Part shown: positions 39,056-50,753 of the stretch, in pieces
Layout: each line of letters begins with the position of its first letter
Numbering within the stretch: the stretch's first letter is position 1
Source of the DNA: Marsupella aquatica
Taxonomy: Eukaryota; Plantae; Marchantiophyta
Length of the DNA: 64,000 bases
Direction of reading: 5' to 3'
Assembly: GCA_973895155.1 (NCBI GenBank)
Contig: OZ316898.1
Location: 11,927,187-11,991,186 of the forward strand
Notes under the pieces: model-generated
What the model was told of the DNA's origin: nothing
Databases searched by the model: none
The model's input: the letters and a program-made list of their open reading frames with translations, nothing else
Made by a program: the position numbers and the translations under genes

Positions 39056-41879
39056 TGAGGTCTAGAAGCTTGGAATTTAGAAATTATCATGTTGGTTTAA
39101 GATTTTCTCTTTTCTCCACGCATTCAAGGAGACAGATATCCAGAGTTCGCATGATAAGCCAAGATTAAAAGACTTTCACCTCAATTGACAGCGCCCTCAG
39201 GTTTAAACTGGGACGGAACCAAACAAAAGCTCAGTACACCTGATATATCTTTGCTGCATGGAATATTTTCATATTTCACACTAGCAAACCTGAGAGCGAG
39301 TCAGAGATTACATTGTTGTGTTCTCAGGTGCTTTTAGCATTTTTGGGGAACAGGGTCGACCATACTGAATATATCATCGGATTGATCAGTATCTACTGAA
39401 ATTTCTAGTAGCATTACATGAGATCGGTCGATAATTCTTTTGCCCAGGATCGTGTGAACGCACAAACTCATTTTAGATATCTGCTTTATTGAGCAATTCT
39501 TGTAAACACTCTCAACACACAAAAATTGACCCGTCACTCAGAGGTTAATATAAGTGATAGCTTTGAACTTTGATCATGGAGCATCGTGAGGTTATCCAGC
39601 AAGCGCTAGGATTCTAACGGACTCAGGGTAAAGTCCAGAGAAGCAACTTTGTGGCCCTAGTGGATCTTGTCCCGTCGCCTTTCCATAGCAACACGTAGGA
39701 GAAAGAGCAGGTGGGAACATTTGTTAGTCTTGTAAAAATGTGTACACGAATAGTAGGTTCCTTTGTTCATTAACCAAATGCAAGAATTCTCGGAAGTTGG
39801 ACAAAAGAACCACTCTGTCCAAATAATTTACAGTAGTTCATTGTATTGGTAATTGCTTGGTAATTGCAAAATGCATTCAAATTGGTAAGTACAATTTTAA
39901 AGTAAATATAGAGTGCTCTATGGTTGTAACCAGCACGCAACCTTCTATGAATCCCCTCTGTACGGGTTGAAATTATGCAAGGACCTTACATTTAGATTGA
40001 AGCCCAAGCTGTTGAAATCATGTTATGGGATGAAGAAAATATACCCACAGGAGGAAGCCGGGAGAAGTAGAAAATGCATGGGAGGAGGGCTAAGGACACA
40101 GCATGAAGGACATATACTCATGCAAGGCATCAGGAATAATATGACTCATTAGAGAATCTACCAACGGGAGGGAATCGGGAGGCCAGGGTAGAAAATACAA
40201 GAGACAATGAAGGCTAAGGAACCAGCACGATGTAGGGATGAAGGAGCATGATGTGGTCAGTGAAGTGGCCAAACTCTCTTTGGTCCTCTTTGGTCCTCGT
40301 TGGTCATGGACCTGGTTACAATTGGTACTGAAACTTTTATTTTGCAACTACTAGGCAATTGCATCAACCCGACACTGCCACCCCAGGCCCCAAAGCCAGC
40401 CATTAAATGTGTTTTTCCTAAGTAGGCAAACTGCGATTGCATCCAGAAGATCAGAGTCAATTACACAGTCTATGGAAGACCCGGGGGAAGCTATGCACCA
40501 TCAAAGATTCCTGATCTTTTGGGCAACCATTAGATCTAACCAGGTTAATGACCAAAACGCAGTCGGTCATGAAAGACTGAACAAATATTCTCTCTCCTTT
40601 GTGACTAGTCTTTCACCTACCTTCCTTGAAGCTGTACGCCCTACCTTCTGACTACATCTTTCCTTACACATTCAGGAATATTGCGATCATTATTCCAGAC
40701 TATCCTAGCACTACTATTCGATTCGATTAAGTCGATTAGACCTCGCGATGTCACCTTGGCCAGGAGAAGCTGTTGCTGAATATGTGAAAAGATATACTCT
40801 AGGCCAATAGAAAGTAGTGGCAAGTTGTCCATGGCAACTACTATGGACTGATACGATAACTGTAGGATTTACATCACTGAAATCAAGTTCTTAAGGCTAA
40901 AGCTACTAATTAAGGATGAAAAACACCTTAATGTCGAGGGCAGTAGGAGCCTATCCCTGAGTAATAAGGATTGGTGCAGCAATTAGGCTGGACGTTGCTT
41001 GTAATTTGTTTGATGCTGTGAGTAATTTATAGGGACCTTGACTATTTTATCAAACTTTACAATACTTTGGTCGGCCACTGCAAATACTTCAGTTGGCCAC
41101 TACAAGAAGGTTTTGGCAGAGTTCGCCAGCTATTTGAAGTCCTTTTGGATTCCATTCTCAAATTTCCGCTCGAATTCAAATGGACACAATATTGAACACT
41201 AGAAATTTGAGGTATTTGCTTCATGTGACCCTTGAGGTTTTGGGTACGTTGATTCAAGGTCTATCAAGGACAATAGGGATCTGGATCATTCCCAAGTGCT
41301 ATTAAGCAACACTTTTGATTTTCTAGTGTAGTGACTAATACATGGGTCCATCCCACATATTACTCTCAAATTGCTGCGCGCAGCTATACAGGGCTTACAT
41401 TTAGCGAGGGACCAGAGAACATTAAAATTAGTTGGAGTACCCCTTGGTTATATACGTTTGTTTTATTTAACTATTTGGAGTCAGGAAGAGTTGCACATTG
41501 GAATATATAGGAAGATGAGAGGACAAAGATCAAATAGAGTATTCTAAATTATGAAATGAATTCTAAAGGTAATTAGGATAATTTCATTGAAGACAAATAA
41601 GAGTACGTTCATGGTAATAACAAGAGCAATTCTCCATGCAACATGTTTCCCTTACTACCTCTATGTCTATACAATACATGTAATATTCCATATAGTTCAT
41701 GCAAAATATTATCTTGTCTAGTATTCAAAGGTGTTAGAGTCCTTTGGTATTCCTCTACCCATAGCTGTTATCATAATGATATTTCTTACCTTTGCTGGTT
41801 ACTCCTCTATCCATAGTAACCAAAGGGTTTCTTAAGTTATCTTTACAAATGTTAGAGAAGTTGAAAAGTTTATTGAATG

Positions 41880-43225
41880 TCGGGACGTCCAAGATGTCGT
41901 TAAGAGAAAAGATGTCATGATGCCCAAGATGTCGTTAAGAGAAAAATGTCGTGTCACCCAAGATGTTGTTTAAGAGAAAAAATGTAGTAAAGATAAAAGA
42001 TGTCGTTAAGAGAAAAGATGTCATGTCGCGATGTCATTGAGACAAAATATGTCACTACGCCCTCGACTACGCCCAAGATGTCGTTAACAGAAAAGATGTT
42101 GTTAAGTATAAAGTTGTTGTTAAGTAGAAAATGGTCCATAAGTAAAGTGATGTTTGTTAGCATACATGTAATCAAGTCTCTGTTGCACAAAAGATGTTGT
42201 TGCGTAAAAACATCCTTGCATTTACAATATTGTTAAACCGCGCATCTGGGTATAAGGGGCTTGGCGTAACGCGGAGTCCCCATACAAAATGTATCCAGCC
42301 AGCGAAAAGACGGGCTACGCAGCAGCACCTCCCCTCCACCATCCGATTGACACTCATAGCTGCACCCACCCTCAGCCATAGGATGTGATCTATGGCTCAA
42401 ATCGTAGGTCTCGTTGAGATCTACGTCTCCAAAAAATCTCACCCAAAATGGTTTATTATTTCAAGAGAAATGATGGAAAAAAGAATGGTGCGCTCTGATT
42501 GGCTGGATTCAAAACTTGAATTTTGGGGGGAAGATTGATCTAAGCCGTCTGATTGTTTTGCCTCCACAAATCTCATGCGGTCATCATATTGGCCAATCTA
42601 TGGCTCATAAGAAAGACCTCAAGGAGATCTATGGATGGGTTTTTTTCGTTTTGTAAATGGGTTGATATTTCTCAAGTGAAAAATAAAACAAATCTAAGCT
42701 CTCCTGGCCGTCGATTTGTTTATTTTGCAATCTCTGCTGTTCATTGTTTATTGCATCTTAAAATCTTGTCCGTCCATGTTAGAAGGTGATCTAGGGTGCA
42801 AAAGAAAGATCTCAAAGAGATCTACAGCAGGGTATTTTCGGTTTCAAAAATGAGTAAATAGTTTTTACAAGGAAATTTAGTGAACTTTGGAGTTTTGAGC
42901 CATCCCTCCTGCCCGATCCTGGATTTCCCTGCGCCCTGCCCAACATTTATGGCCGTACAGTACCAGGCTCCTTTATATATACTGATGCGTGGTTTAAATA
43001 AAAGATATCATTAAGTAAAATATGTGGTTGCTCGAAAGATGTCATTGCGCAAAAGACGTAGTTTACTAAAAGATATCGTTCGGTGAAAGACATCAATGCG
43101 TAATAGATGACGTTGTGCTAAAGATGTAGTTGAAAAATATCATAGTGCAAAATATCTTTGTTAGAAAGATCTCATTGGCTGCGTAAAAAAAATTGTCGAG
43201 TGAAAGATGTCATGAGGCAAAAACC
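41880..43225. repeat. Degenerate 18-bp minisatellite (aaagatgtcgttaagaga), split by a TIR element
   Basis: Units at 41880-42230 and 42998-43225. Confidence 0.75.
42237..42993. mobile_element. Non-autonomous 757-bp TIR element flanked by TTAA
   Basis: TTAA|ACCGCGCATCTG ... CTGATGCGTGGT|TTAA (TSD at 42233-42236 and 42994-42997). Imperfect ~30-bp TIR; removing the element restores the minisatellite pattern. Confidence 0.7.
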
Positions 43226-43375
43226 ACCACCAAAGTACAACAAAATGAGAATAATTTTTTAAATAATTTTTGTAATTTATATCTTTAAAAACCTTCCTTC
43301 TTTTTCACTATTTTTCTTGTCTTGTCTTTGTCTCATTGATTAGGTTGTGCACTATTTTCTTTATTATGTAAAATA

Positions 43376-44520
43376 CTAGCCCCATGCCCGTGCGTTGCAC
43401 GAAAGACTTCACGTGAGGGCAAGATGTCGAGGAGAGGGCAAGATGTCAAGGAGAGGGCAAGATTTCAAGGAGAGGGCAAGATGTTGAGGTGAGGGCAAGA
43501 TGTCCAGTAGAGGGCAAGATGTCGAGGCGAGGGCAAGATGTGAGATGATGGTAAGATGTCAAGGTGAGGGCAAGATGTGAAGGTGATGGTAAGATGTCGA
43601 GGAGAGGGCAAGATGTCGAGGTGAGGGCAAGATGTCAAGGTGAGGGTAAGATTTTGAGGCGAGGCAAACATGGTTGTGCATTGCCAACATATAATTCAGG
43701 CAAAAAGTCAAACAGATTAATACAAAAGTGATACAATCTTTATTCAACGCGTTCAATAAAGAACCTCATCATATACAACATTTTTTGTCAACCTTGCTTC
43801 AGTTACCCTCCTCGGAATCCGAAAGGAAAACCTTGGTAGTTGTAGAAGATGTTGCCCTTGAAAATGCCACACACAATTGTCCGTGACTAAATACAGGCTT
43901 TGAAAGTTGTAACCCTACATGTTCTAAAGTCTGACCTTGAACCTTGTTTATGGTCATTGCATATGCCACTTGAATGAGAATTTGGACCCTACATAATAAA
44001 AAAGGAAGTAATTTGCCAGATGTCCACGGAATCTGTGGGATAAATGTAAGGGTCCTTGCATGCTTTCCTGCAAGAACTCGTGCCTCAATGACACGATGAT
44101 TCATTGCTCTCACAATTAGCAGAGAACCGTTACACAACCCCAAAGAGTGATCTATAATCCAAAGTAAAATGATAGGGCATCCAACCTTCATTGTACCAAC
44201 TTATGAGGCAACAAACCACTCGACGTGAGTGTTTCAAGAACTCCGTAGGGTAGAAATTCTCCTCTTCGAACTGGTCCGGACGATCAACACTAAAAAACTC
44301 CCTAGATATCTGAGTCCTTCTAAGATATCTGAGTCATTAATTTTTAGTGCCTCGTCATTTGTCAGCGCCAGGGTAGTTCTTTCACTTAAGAACCTGTCGT
44401 CCACAGGAGCAAGAGATGGGTAAATTCCATGAATCAATGATTCCACACATCCTCCATCCACCACCTTAGACTCAAGGCAAGTAAAAAGATTATTTGAAGG
44501 CGAGGCAGACAAACCAATGA
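43376..44520 (-). mobile_element. Helitron 3' remnant with decayed PIF1-like helicase
   Basis: Helicase motifs GLCNG, YAMTINKVQGQTL and VFSHGQLCVAFSRAT (43799-44191) plus TLALTND. The 3' end has the hairpin CGTGCAACGCACG followed by CTAG|T at 43376-43379. Confidence 0.9.
43415..43662. repeat. 18-bp minisatellite (gagggcaagatgtcgagg) in the Helitron subterminus
   Basis: About 13 tandem units. Confidence 0.9.
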
Positions 44521-44633
44521 ACAGCCCTTAAAAGACGTCAAAAACTCCAATGGCCATGGATGACTCCCGCCCTCAGCTCATTTTGTAAATGGACAAAAGG
44601 CAAAAAAAGGCGGCATCGGTTATTATAGTGTTA

Positions 44634-45150
44634 GATAGCTCAATGCCCATGCCTTGCACATAATATGTCAAGGTGAGAAAAAAAGAGGTTGAGGAGAGAA
44701 AAAGATGTCAAGGAGAAGACAATGTGTTGAGGTGAGATAAGATGTCAAGGAGAGAAAAATATTGAGGTGAGCAAAAGATGTCAAGGAGATGAAAAGATGT
44801 TGAGAAAAGAAAAGATGTCAAGGTGAACAAAAGATGTCAAGGAAAAGAAAAGATGTTGAGGTGAGCAAATGATGTGAAGGAGATCGAGAAAAGATGTGAA
44901 GGTCAGCAAGCGATGTTGAGGAGAGGAAAAGATGCCAAGGAAGGAAAACATGTCAAGGAGAGAAAACGATGTCCACGTGAGAAATATATGTCAAAGTGAG
45001 GAAAAAACATGTCAAGGTGACAGAGGACAAAACATGTCAGGGAGAGAAAAGTCGTCGAGATGAGAAAAAGATGTCAAGATGAGACAAAGACATCAAGGTG
45101 AAAGAAGATGTCATGGGAGGCAAAGATGACAAAGGTAAAATATGTAAGAT
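44634..45150. repeat. Older related 18-bp minisatellite following a degenerate second Helitron 3' end
   Basis: atagctcaatgcccatgccttgcac resembles ctagccccatgcccgtgcgttgcac at 43376, and is followed by many aaagatgtcaaggagaga-like units. Confidence 0.65.
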
Positions 45151-46828
45151 GCTAGTGTGTTGCATGATTGTTGTTGGGAGCATGTTTTTGTGATGGCCAT
45201 GAAGTCATTGTAGCCATGTTGTTATTGCCAAAGTAATGGGGGTGAACACAAAACAGGCTATAGTGATGGGGCCAGGCGCAGTTGCAAGGTGCGTGGATGG
45301 AGATTTTTTTCCCTGCCCTCGTGGCCTCCTGTCCCATCCTTTCCCATACTGTCCCTTCCCTCTCCTTTCTCTCCTCCCTCTCGCGCTCACCCGTCCTCGT
45401 ATTATCATTGCAAAAAGTGTGTCACTCATTGAGAAAATGTTGTCAGTATAGAAATCCATGCAATCAAACATTTCAGAGGTCAACAAACAAATAGGGGATG
45501 GAAGACACAAAAGGGTAGAGAGTCAAAGTTAGAGAAAGTGTTAGGCAAGCCCTAAGGTGAGAGCTAGGGCGGGACTAATATAGACATATGGCAAGTAGAG
45601 TGTTGACAACAAAGAAACCATGCAAGCCCCCTAATGGCTTCTCTCTCCCATTGGTCGGATAATCTTCTCCCCCTCGTTTGGGGAATCCAATGGTCACCAA
45701 AAATGTCACATAAATTAGATGACCTTAATTTTATCACATCCTTAATTTCTCCCTTAACCTTTTTTTTCTTTGTCTTTTTCCTTCCTCCTTGATTTTTCCT
45801 TTTCCTTCCCCACCCCCCGCATTACTTGGAGGGGGCTTCCGGTGCTGGACAGGCCCGTGGAGTAGTTGGGTGCCAAGAGTTGAGGAGTCAGGGTGGGCAG
45901 AAGGAGAGCAGAAAGGGCGGAAGAAAGGCGGAACATATGTAGGGTGGGGTCAGATGGCCATGGAGTGAGTTATGGGCAGTCAGTGGGGTTTTGCCTTACA
46001 TCTGGCTAGTGTGGAGAGGGCCGCAAATGGAAGCCAAGAGGGGGGAAGGACATGAAAGAAATTCAAAAGCAAAATTTAATAGGATAATTAATCAATTGAG
46101 AGGTGGATTCAATCCTGATAAGAGATTGGCAAGTCTCAAGAGGGGCCAGGTAAATAATCGCCTTGCACCCCCATACATGCCACCACCAACCCAAAAGTAC
46201 TCACACCTTCTCACACACCTTAATTTACTTTCCTATTTTAAACACGTTGCCCCACCCTTCCCCCCAAGGAAAAAGAACAGCACCACACAACAACCCACAA
46301 AAAATAATGGTCTCTTCAATAATAAATATATAAGAACAAACTCCCAAAAGGTATCTCCCAATTTCCACCAAAAAATTAAAATGGAAAGAAATAAAAACCT
46401 TCTAAAAAAGACAAAAAATTATCAATAAATGAAAAATTTCCTGGTCTTCGTTCCCTCTCCTTGGGATTCTCCCAATAATGATTGAGTGGAGGTTGTAACT
46501 TGTACCTCTTTATACATTTACTTATGTACATTAAATTGTATGTAGATATCATAATTCCTTATTCATGTATCTATATACATTTTATAAGTTATCTCAACTT
46601 TAGATAATCTGACGGTTCTCAAAAGTGGCATAATAAATCTAAAGGTGGACATGTGTTCACACCAAAAAGCTAGTTTGTAGACCTCTTTTGGCGGGATTCT
46701 ATATTATAGATATACATTTGTCATTAAACTCTTCTCATGATATTCCTTTGCATGGATACATGGAGCACTTCCTTTCTCTTTTTGCAGTTCCTTTTTCTTT
46801 CACTTAAAAAGCCTCTCCAAATGTGAAT

Positions 46829-47498
46829 ACTTTGGCAGATGTAGTGGTGGCAAACCCATTGCGCCAAGACATCATTGGGACAGCGGCAACAACGGCAGGG
46901 GCAACAACATCACGAGCAGCACAAACGAAGGAGGCCAAATATGCTGCACGAGCTTCATCTGATAGCTTCCTGCCCCTTGCTCTTGAGATATTTGGGCGTC
47001 TTCATCATCAGTTCGACGGGCTTCTTCGCCAAGCTGCTCGGGATGTTCACGGCCGGATGGGTCCCACCGGGCCCCCGCTATCTGTTTTGACCACGCACTT
47101 TCGCCAACGCATTTCAGTCACCTTACAGCGTGCTCAAGCTCGGGCCGTCTATCGTCGATCTCTGACAGTGGGTGCTAGTGTGACTCCGCAGCGGCTAGCC
47201 CCCCTAGAGGACATTCCTGTCCCACTTGCCGATCTAGTTTCGACACTTGATGTAGACCACTAGCTTGTAGCCACATTTGCTAGGTATGATGAGGACCTCG
47301 GTCCATTTGCGGTAGTTTTAGTTACTCTTTCTTGGTTTTTAGGGGTTTCCTTTTGCTCACTTCTTTTAGTTCCTCTTTTTTGGTTTTTAGGGTTTCCTTT
47401 TGCTCACTTCTTTTGCATTTGGTTTTGTCCACTTGGGACCTCTCTTGTTTATTCTTTTGTACTCTATTTGGCCTTTTTCTGTATGAAGTATGTGTATA
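46829..47498 (+). mobile_element. 5'-truncated CRE-like non-LTR retrotransposon (endonuclease C-terminus + 3'UTR)
   Basis: Perfect 16-bp TSD CTCTCCAAATGTGAAT at 46813-46828 and 47499-47514. Intact frame LADVVVANP...KEAKY...FLPLALEIFG...QRISVTLQRAQA. Confidence 0.85.
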
Positions 47499-49216
47499 CT
47501 CTCCAAATGTGAATGACGACCATTTCAAAAAGTGGCCCAACTCTGTATTATAGTTTCTGATTCTGATTTGCCTTGTCCAGAGAAAAGAAAACTAAAGGAC
47601 ATTCAAAGAGTACACAAATACAGGTATTCTTACGGTATTGTATACACATATCCGTACCGTAATCCATGTCCAACTTTGATCTGCAAAAACGCTACCGAGG
47701 TAACCTTGTTCTCCAACCAACTCAACCGGACCGAGGCTCCGTCAGTAATAACTACTATCCTTGAACGACCCCGATGTATCCATGTGTCTAATCTAACGGT
47801 GGGCGCATAGCGCCGGGACCTGCGTAACCGTCAGATCTGGTACTCCGACAGGGGGCCGGGGCGTCCCACCCTCGTGGACCCCTCGTCTCTCACTCACGCC
47901 CCCACTTTTTCTCCTTCCCGCTTCGAATGTAGAAAGGAAATTTTACAGAGCAGAGCATTTGCGTCGAGGGTTTCCTCTTCGCTTCGGAGTTTTCAATTGC
48001 TCTGTTCTCGCTCCCTTCACTACTACATTTTCTCTCTTGCACGTCGGTCTGTGTCTCGCGGCGGATTTCGATTTCTCTCTCGCTCTCGTCGAGCGGGCAC
48101 TAGTAGTGCAGTGGATGATCTGATCATCATTTATCAGTCGAGACGGAGTGATGCCGTAGTGGTGGATGCCAAGTTGCCAACCGCCTGGAAATCGACGAGG
48201 GAGCGGAAGTGAGTTCTTGGTCGATCGATGAGTGAACTGATTATTTGGACTGCTGATGTCCGTTTCTGCAGCGACTGCTAGAATTGCTTTCCGTTTGGCG
48301 TTTCTTGCAAGATTGGCTGGCGGTAAATCTCGGTTGGTTACCTGGCTGGCTTTCATGTGTTCGAGAAAGGAAGGAGGGATTGATTGAGCGCTGAGGAAGG
48401 GGAGAGGAAAGGATGAAGCGGAGTGAACGGTCGGCATCGTAAGCATTGGCAAAGAAGAGAGCGAGGAGGAGAATATAGGAGAGGAGAGGGTGTGAGGAAG
48501 AGAGCGCAGGCAAGGAGATTGAAGGAGTGGAGTCTAGAGGAGAGGAGTGTAAGGAGCGAGTGGATTGAATTGGATCGGAGTGGATTGGAGAGGAGTGGAG
48601 TGGAGAGGAGGCGATTGGGGAGAAATTTAGAGGAAAGCGATTTGAAGGAAGGGCTAGCTGCACCTATGCAGGGGAGAACGCATTCGCTGAGAAAGCGAGG
48701 GCAGTCACGAGTGGTGGCGAGTGTGTGAGCAGATTTTTGCCAAATCCAAACAAGCCAAGCAACCAATCTGTGATATGCTGATCTGCTGATATGCTGTAGT
48801 AGTGACTGGGCTGTCGTAGCCTCTTATCTGTTATGTGACTGTGTTTGGCTTGGCTGGGTGGATGGTTGGTGTGATTGGTGTGGACTCTCCGTTTGTTTTT
48901 TTGCTGGGTGGCTAGGCTTCGCTTCCTCACTTGGGCTGCTGCTGCAGGCGGACAAATCCTTCAATACTATTGCAGACATTATCCGGTTGGATTGGGCAGG
49001 TGGGAGGAGAGTGGTGTCATATTGTGAGTGAGGGATCGGAGGGAGAGCGGGAAGGAGGTGGTGGTGGTGGTGGTGGTGAAGAGGAAAGGAACCAGGGAGG
49101 GTTGTGGTTTGTGGTTGGTGGAATCCTACTAACACAATTTTTGGTGGGGGCGGGGCCGGGTGCATACATCTGTGGTGGGAGGGATCATTGTGTGGGTTTC
49201 ATCGTCGGCAGGCATT

Positions 49217-50753
49217 ATGTTCTCCAGGGGGTAAGTGAGTTTAGGGTAGGCAGGGGGCACCAAACACTCTTGTTGCATGACAAGTCGAGGTGGGCTCGGT
49301 CCTCCTCCTTAGTAGGGAAATGAACAAAAATCATTTTGATCTACATGAGGCTTCCGAGATCTGTGGCATAGGATCAGATCAAGCAAGCACTTTAACAATT
49401 CTACGGTACTCACGTTGAATATCACCATGGTTTTCACTAATGTTGTCAAAAAATTCCACACCGTCTTGTCTACATTTCATGTTTGCGACTGATGATCTAG
49501 GGTTTCCCAATTAACCAGCATCAATGCCTAGAACTATTAAATACGATGAAGAAATCAGTTCCCAGCCCCTTCTCTAGGCTTTTGGTTTTTTTCCTCAGGG
49601 GCGCTGTGGTGATGTGATCCGTGCGAGGTTTCTCCCACGAAGTCACACTTGGCCTGTTGGGAATACCCAGCTGAATCAGTGTCGCTTGTTTGGTATTTAT
49701 GCATCAGGATAAGCAAGATGTTGTTCTGGTCTGCTGTAATTTCTTCTCTTGGAGCATTTTGTCTGAGATTCTTAAAATAAGGAATTTGTCATTTAGAGAA
49801 CATAACTGAGACCTGGAAACTAAGATCTGCGATCTGATGTGCATGACATAAGAGTGAAGGGAATTTTAGAGGGAGTCAGGACGGAACACATCTGAGAGGT
49901 TGATGTGTGGATTAGGGGAGGGTGATTATATTGACGGGGTGGGCTGTGGGCGGGGGCTGGGATGTATCTTTGAAGGAATCTTTTGGGAAGCGGGGGAGGT
50001 GCAGATGGCTACGAGGTTGGGGCTAAAAGGCAGCGATTGATCGATGCGGGCCCTTATTTCGGCGGGGGCCCTGGGCTTTCTCAGGCCAGCTTGGCCTATG
50101 GCAACCCAAACATCGCTCAAGTGCTTGGGCAACCCCGTCCTTTCCCGGTGGTGCGATTGCGGGGTCTACCCTTCAACTGCAGTGAAAGTGATGTCTTCGA
50201 GTTCTTTGCCGGGTTGGACGTGGTTGACGTTCTGCTGGTACGCAAGCAGGGACGCTTTTCTGGTGAGGCGTTCGTAGTGTTCGGTGCTCCCATGCAGGTG
50301 GATTTTGCTCTCCAAAGAAATAGGCAGAACATGGGGCGGCGTTACATTGAAGTTTTTCGCTGCAAGAAACACGATTATTATCAGGCAGTCGCAATGGATG
50401 TTGCTGAAACTAAGGATGATGTTGGACACATCTCGACTCCTCCAGGCAAACCCTCATCCGACAAAGATCACCTGGAACACACCGGTGTTCTGAAACTCAG
50501 AGGCCTCCCATTCTCCGCCTCTAAGCGGGACATCATCGACTTCTTCCGGGAGTATGGGTTGACTGAGGAAAATGTGCACATAGTCTCCCACGCTGATGGT
50601 CGAGCGACTGGGGAGGCTTTTGTTGAATTCGCCTCTCCCTCAGAGTCTAAGGCCGCCATGAACAAGGACAAGATGACATTGGGAAGCAGATATGTTGAGC
50701 TCTTCCCGTCCTCACGAGATGAAGCCACTAGAGCTGCATCCAAATCCAGATAA
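49217..50753 (+). CDS. hnRNP F/H-like (two qRRM) RNA-binding protein
   Basis: Micro-exon 49217-49230 (ATGTTCTCCAGGGG|gtaagt) joins 49976-50753 in frame: MFSRGNLLGSGGGADGYEVGAKRQR. Motifs VVRLRGLPF/SGEAFV/RYIEVF and VLKLRGLPF/TGEAFVEF/RYVELF. Confidence 0.93.

Noticed and set aside
39900-41300. Possible decayed LINE remnant (IVWNNDRN-like motif)
   Set aside because: Too degenerate; no RT motifs could be confirmed.
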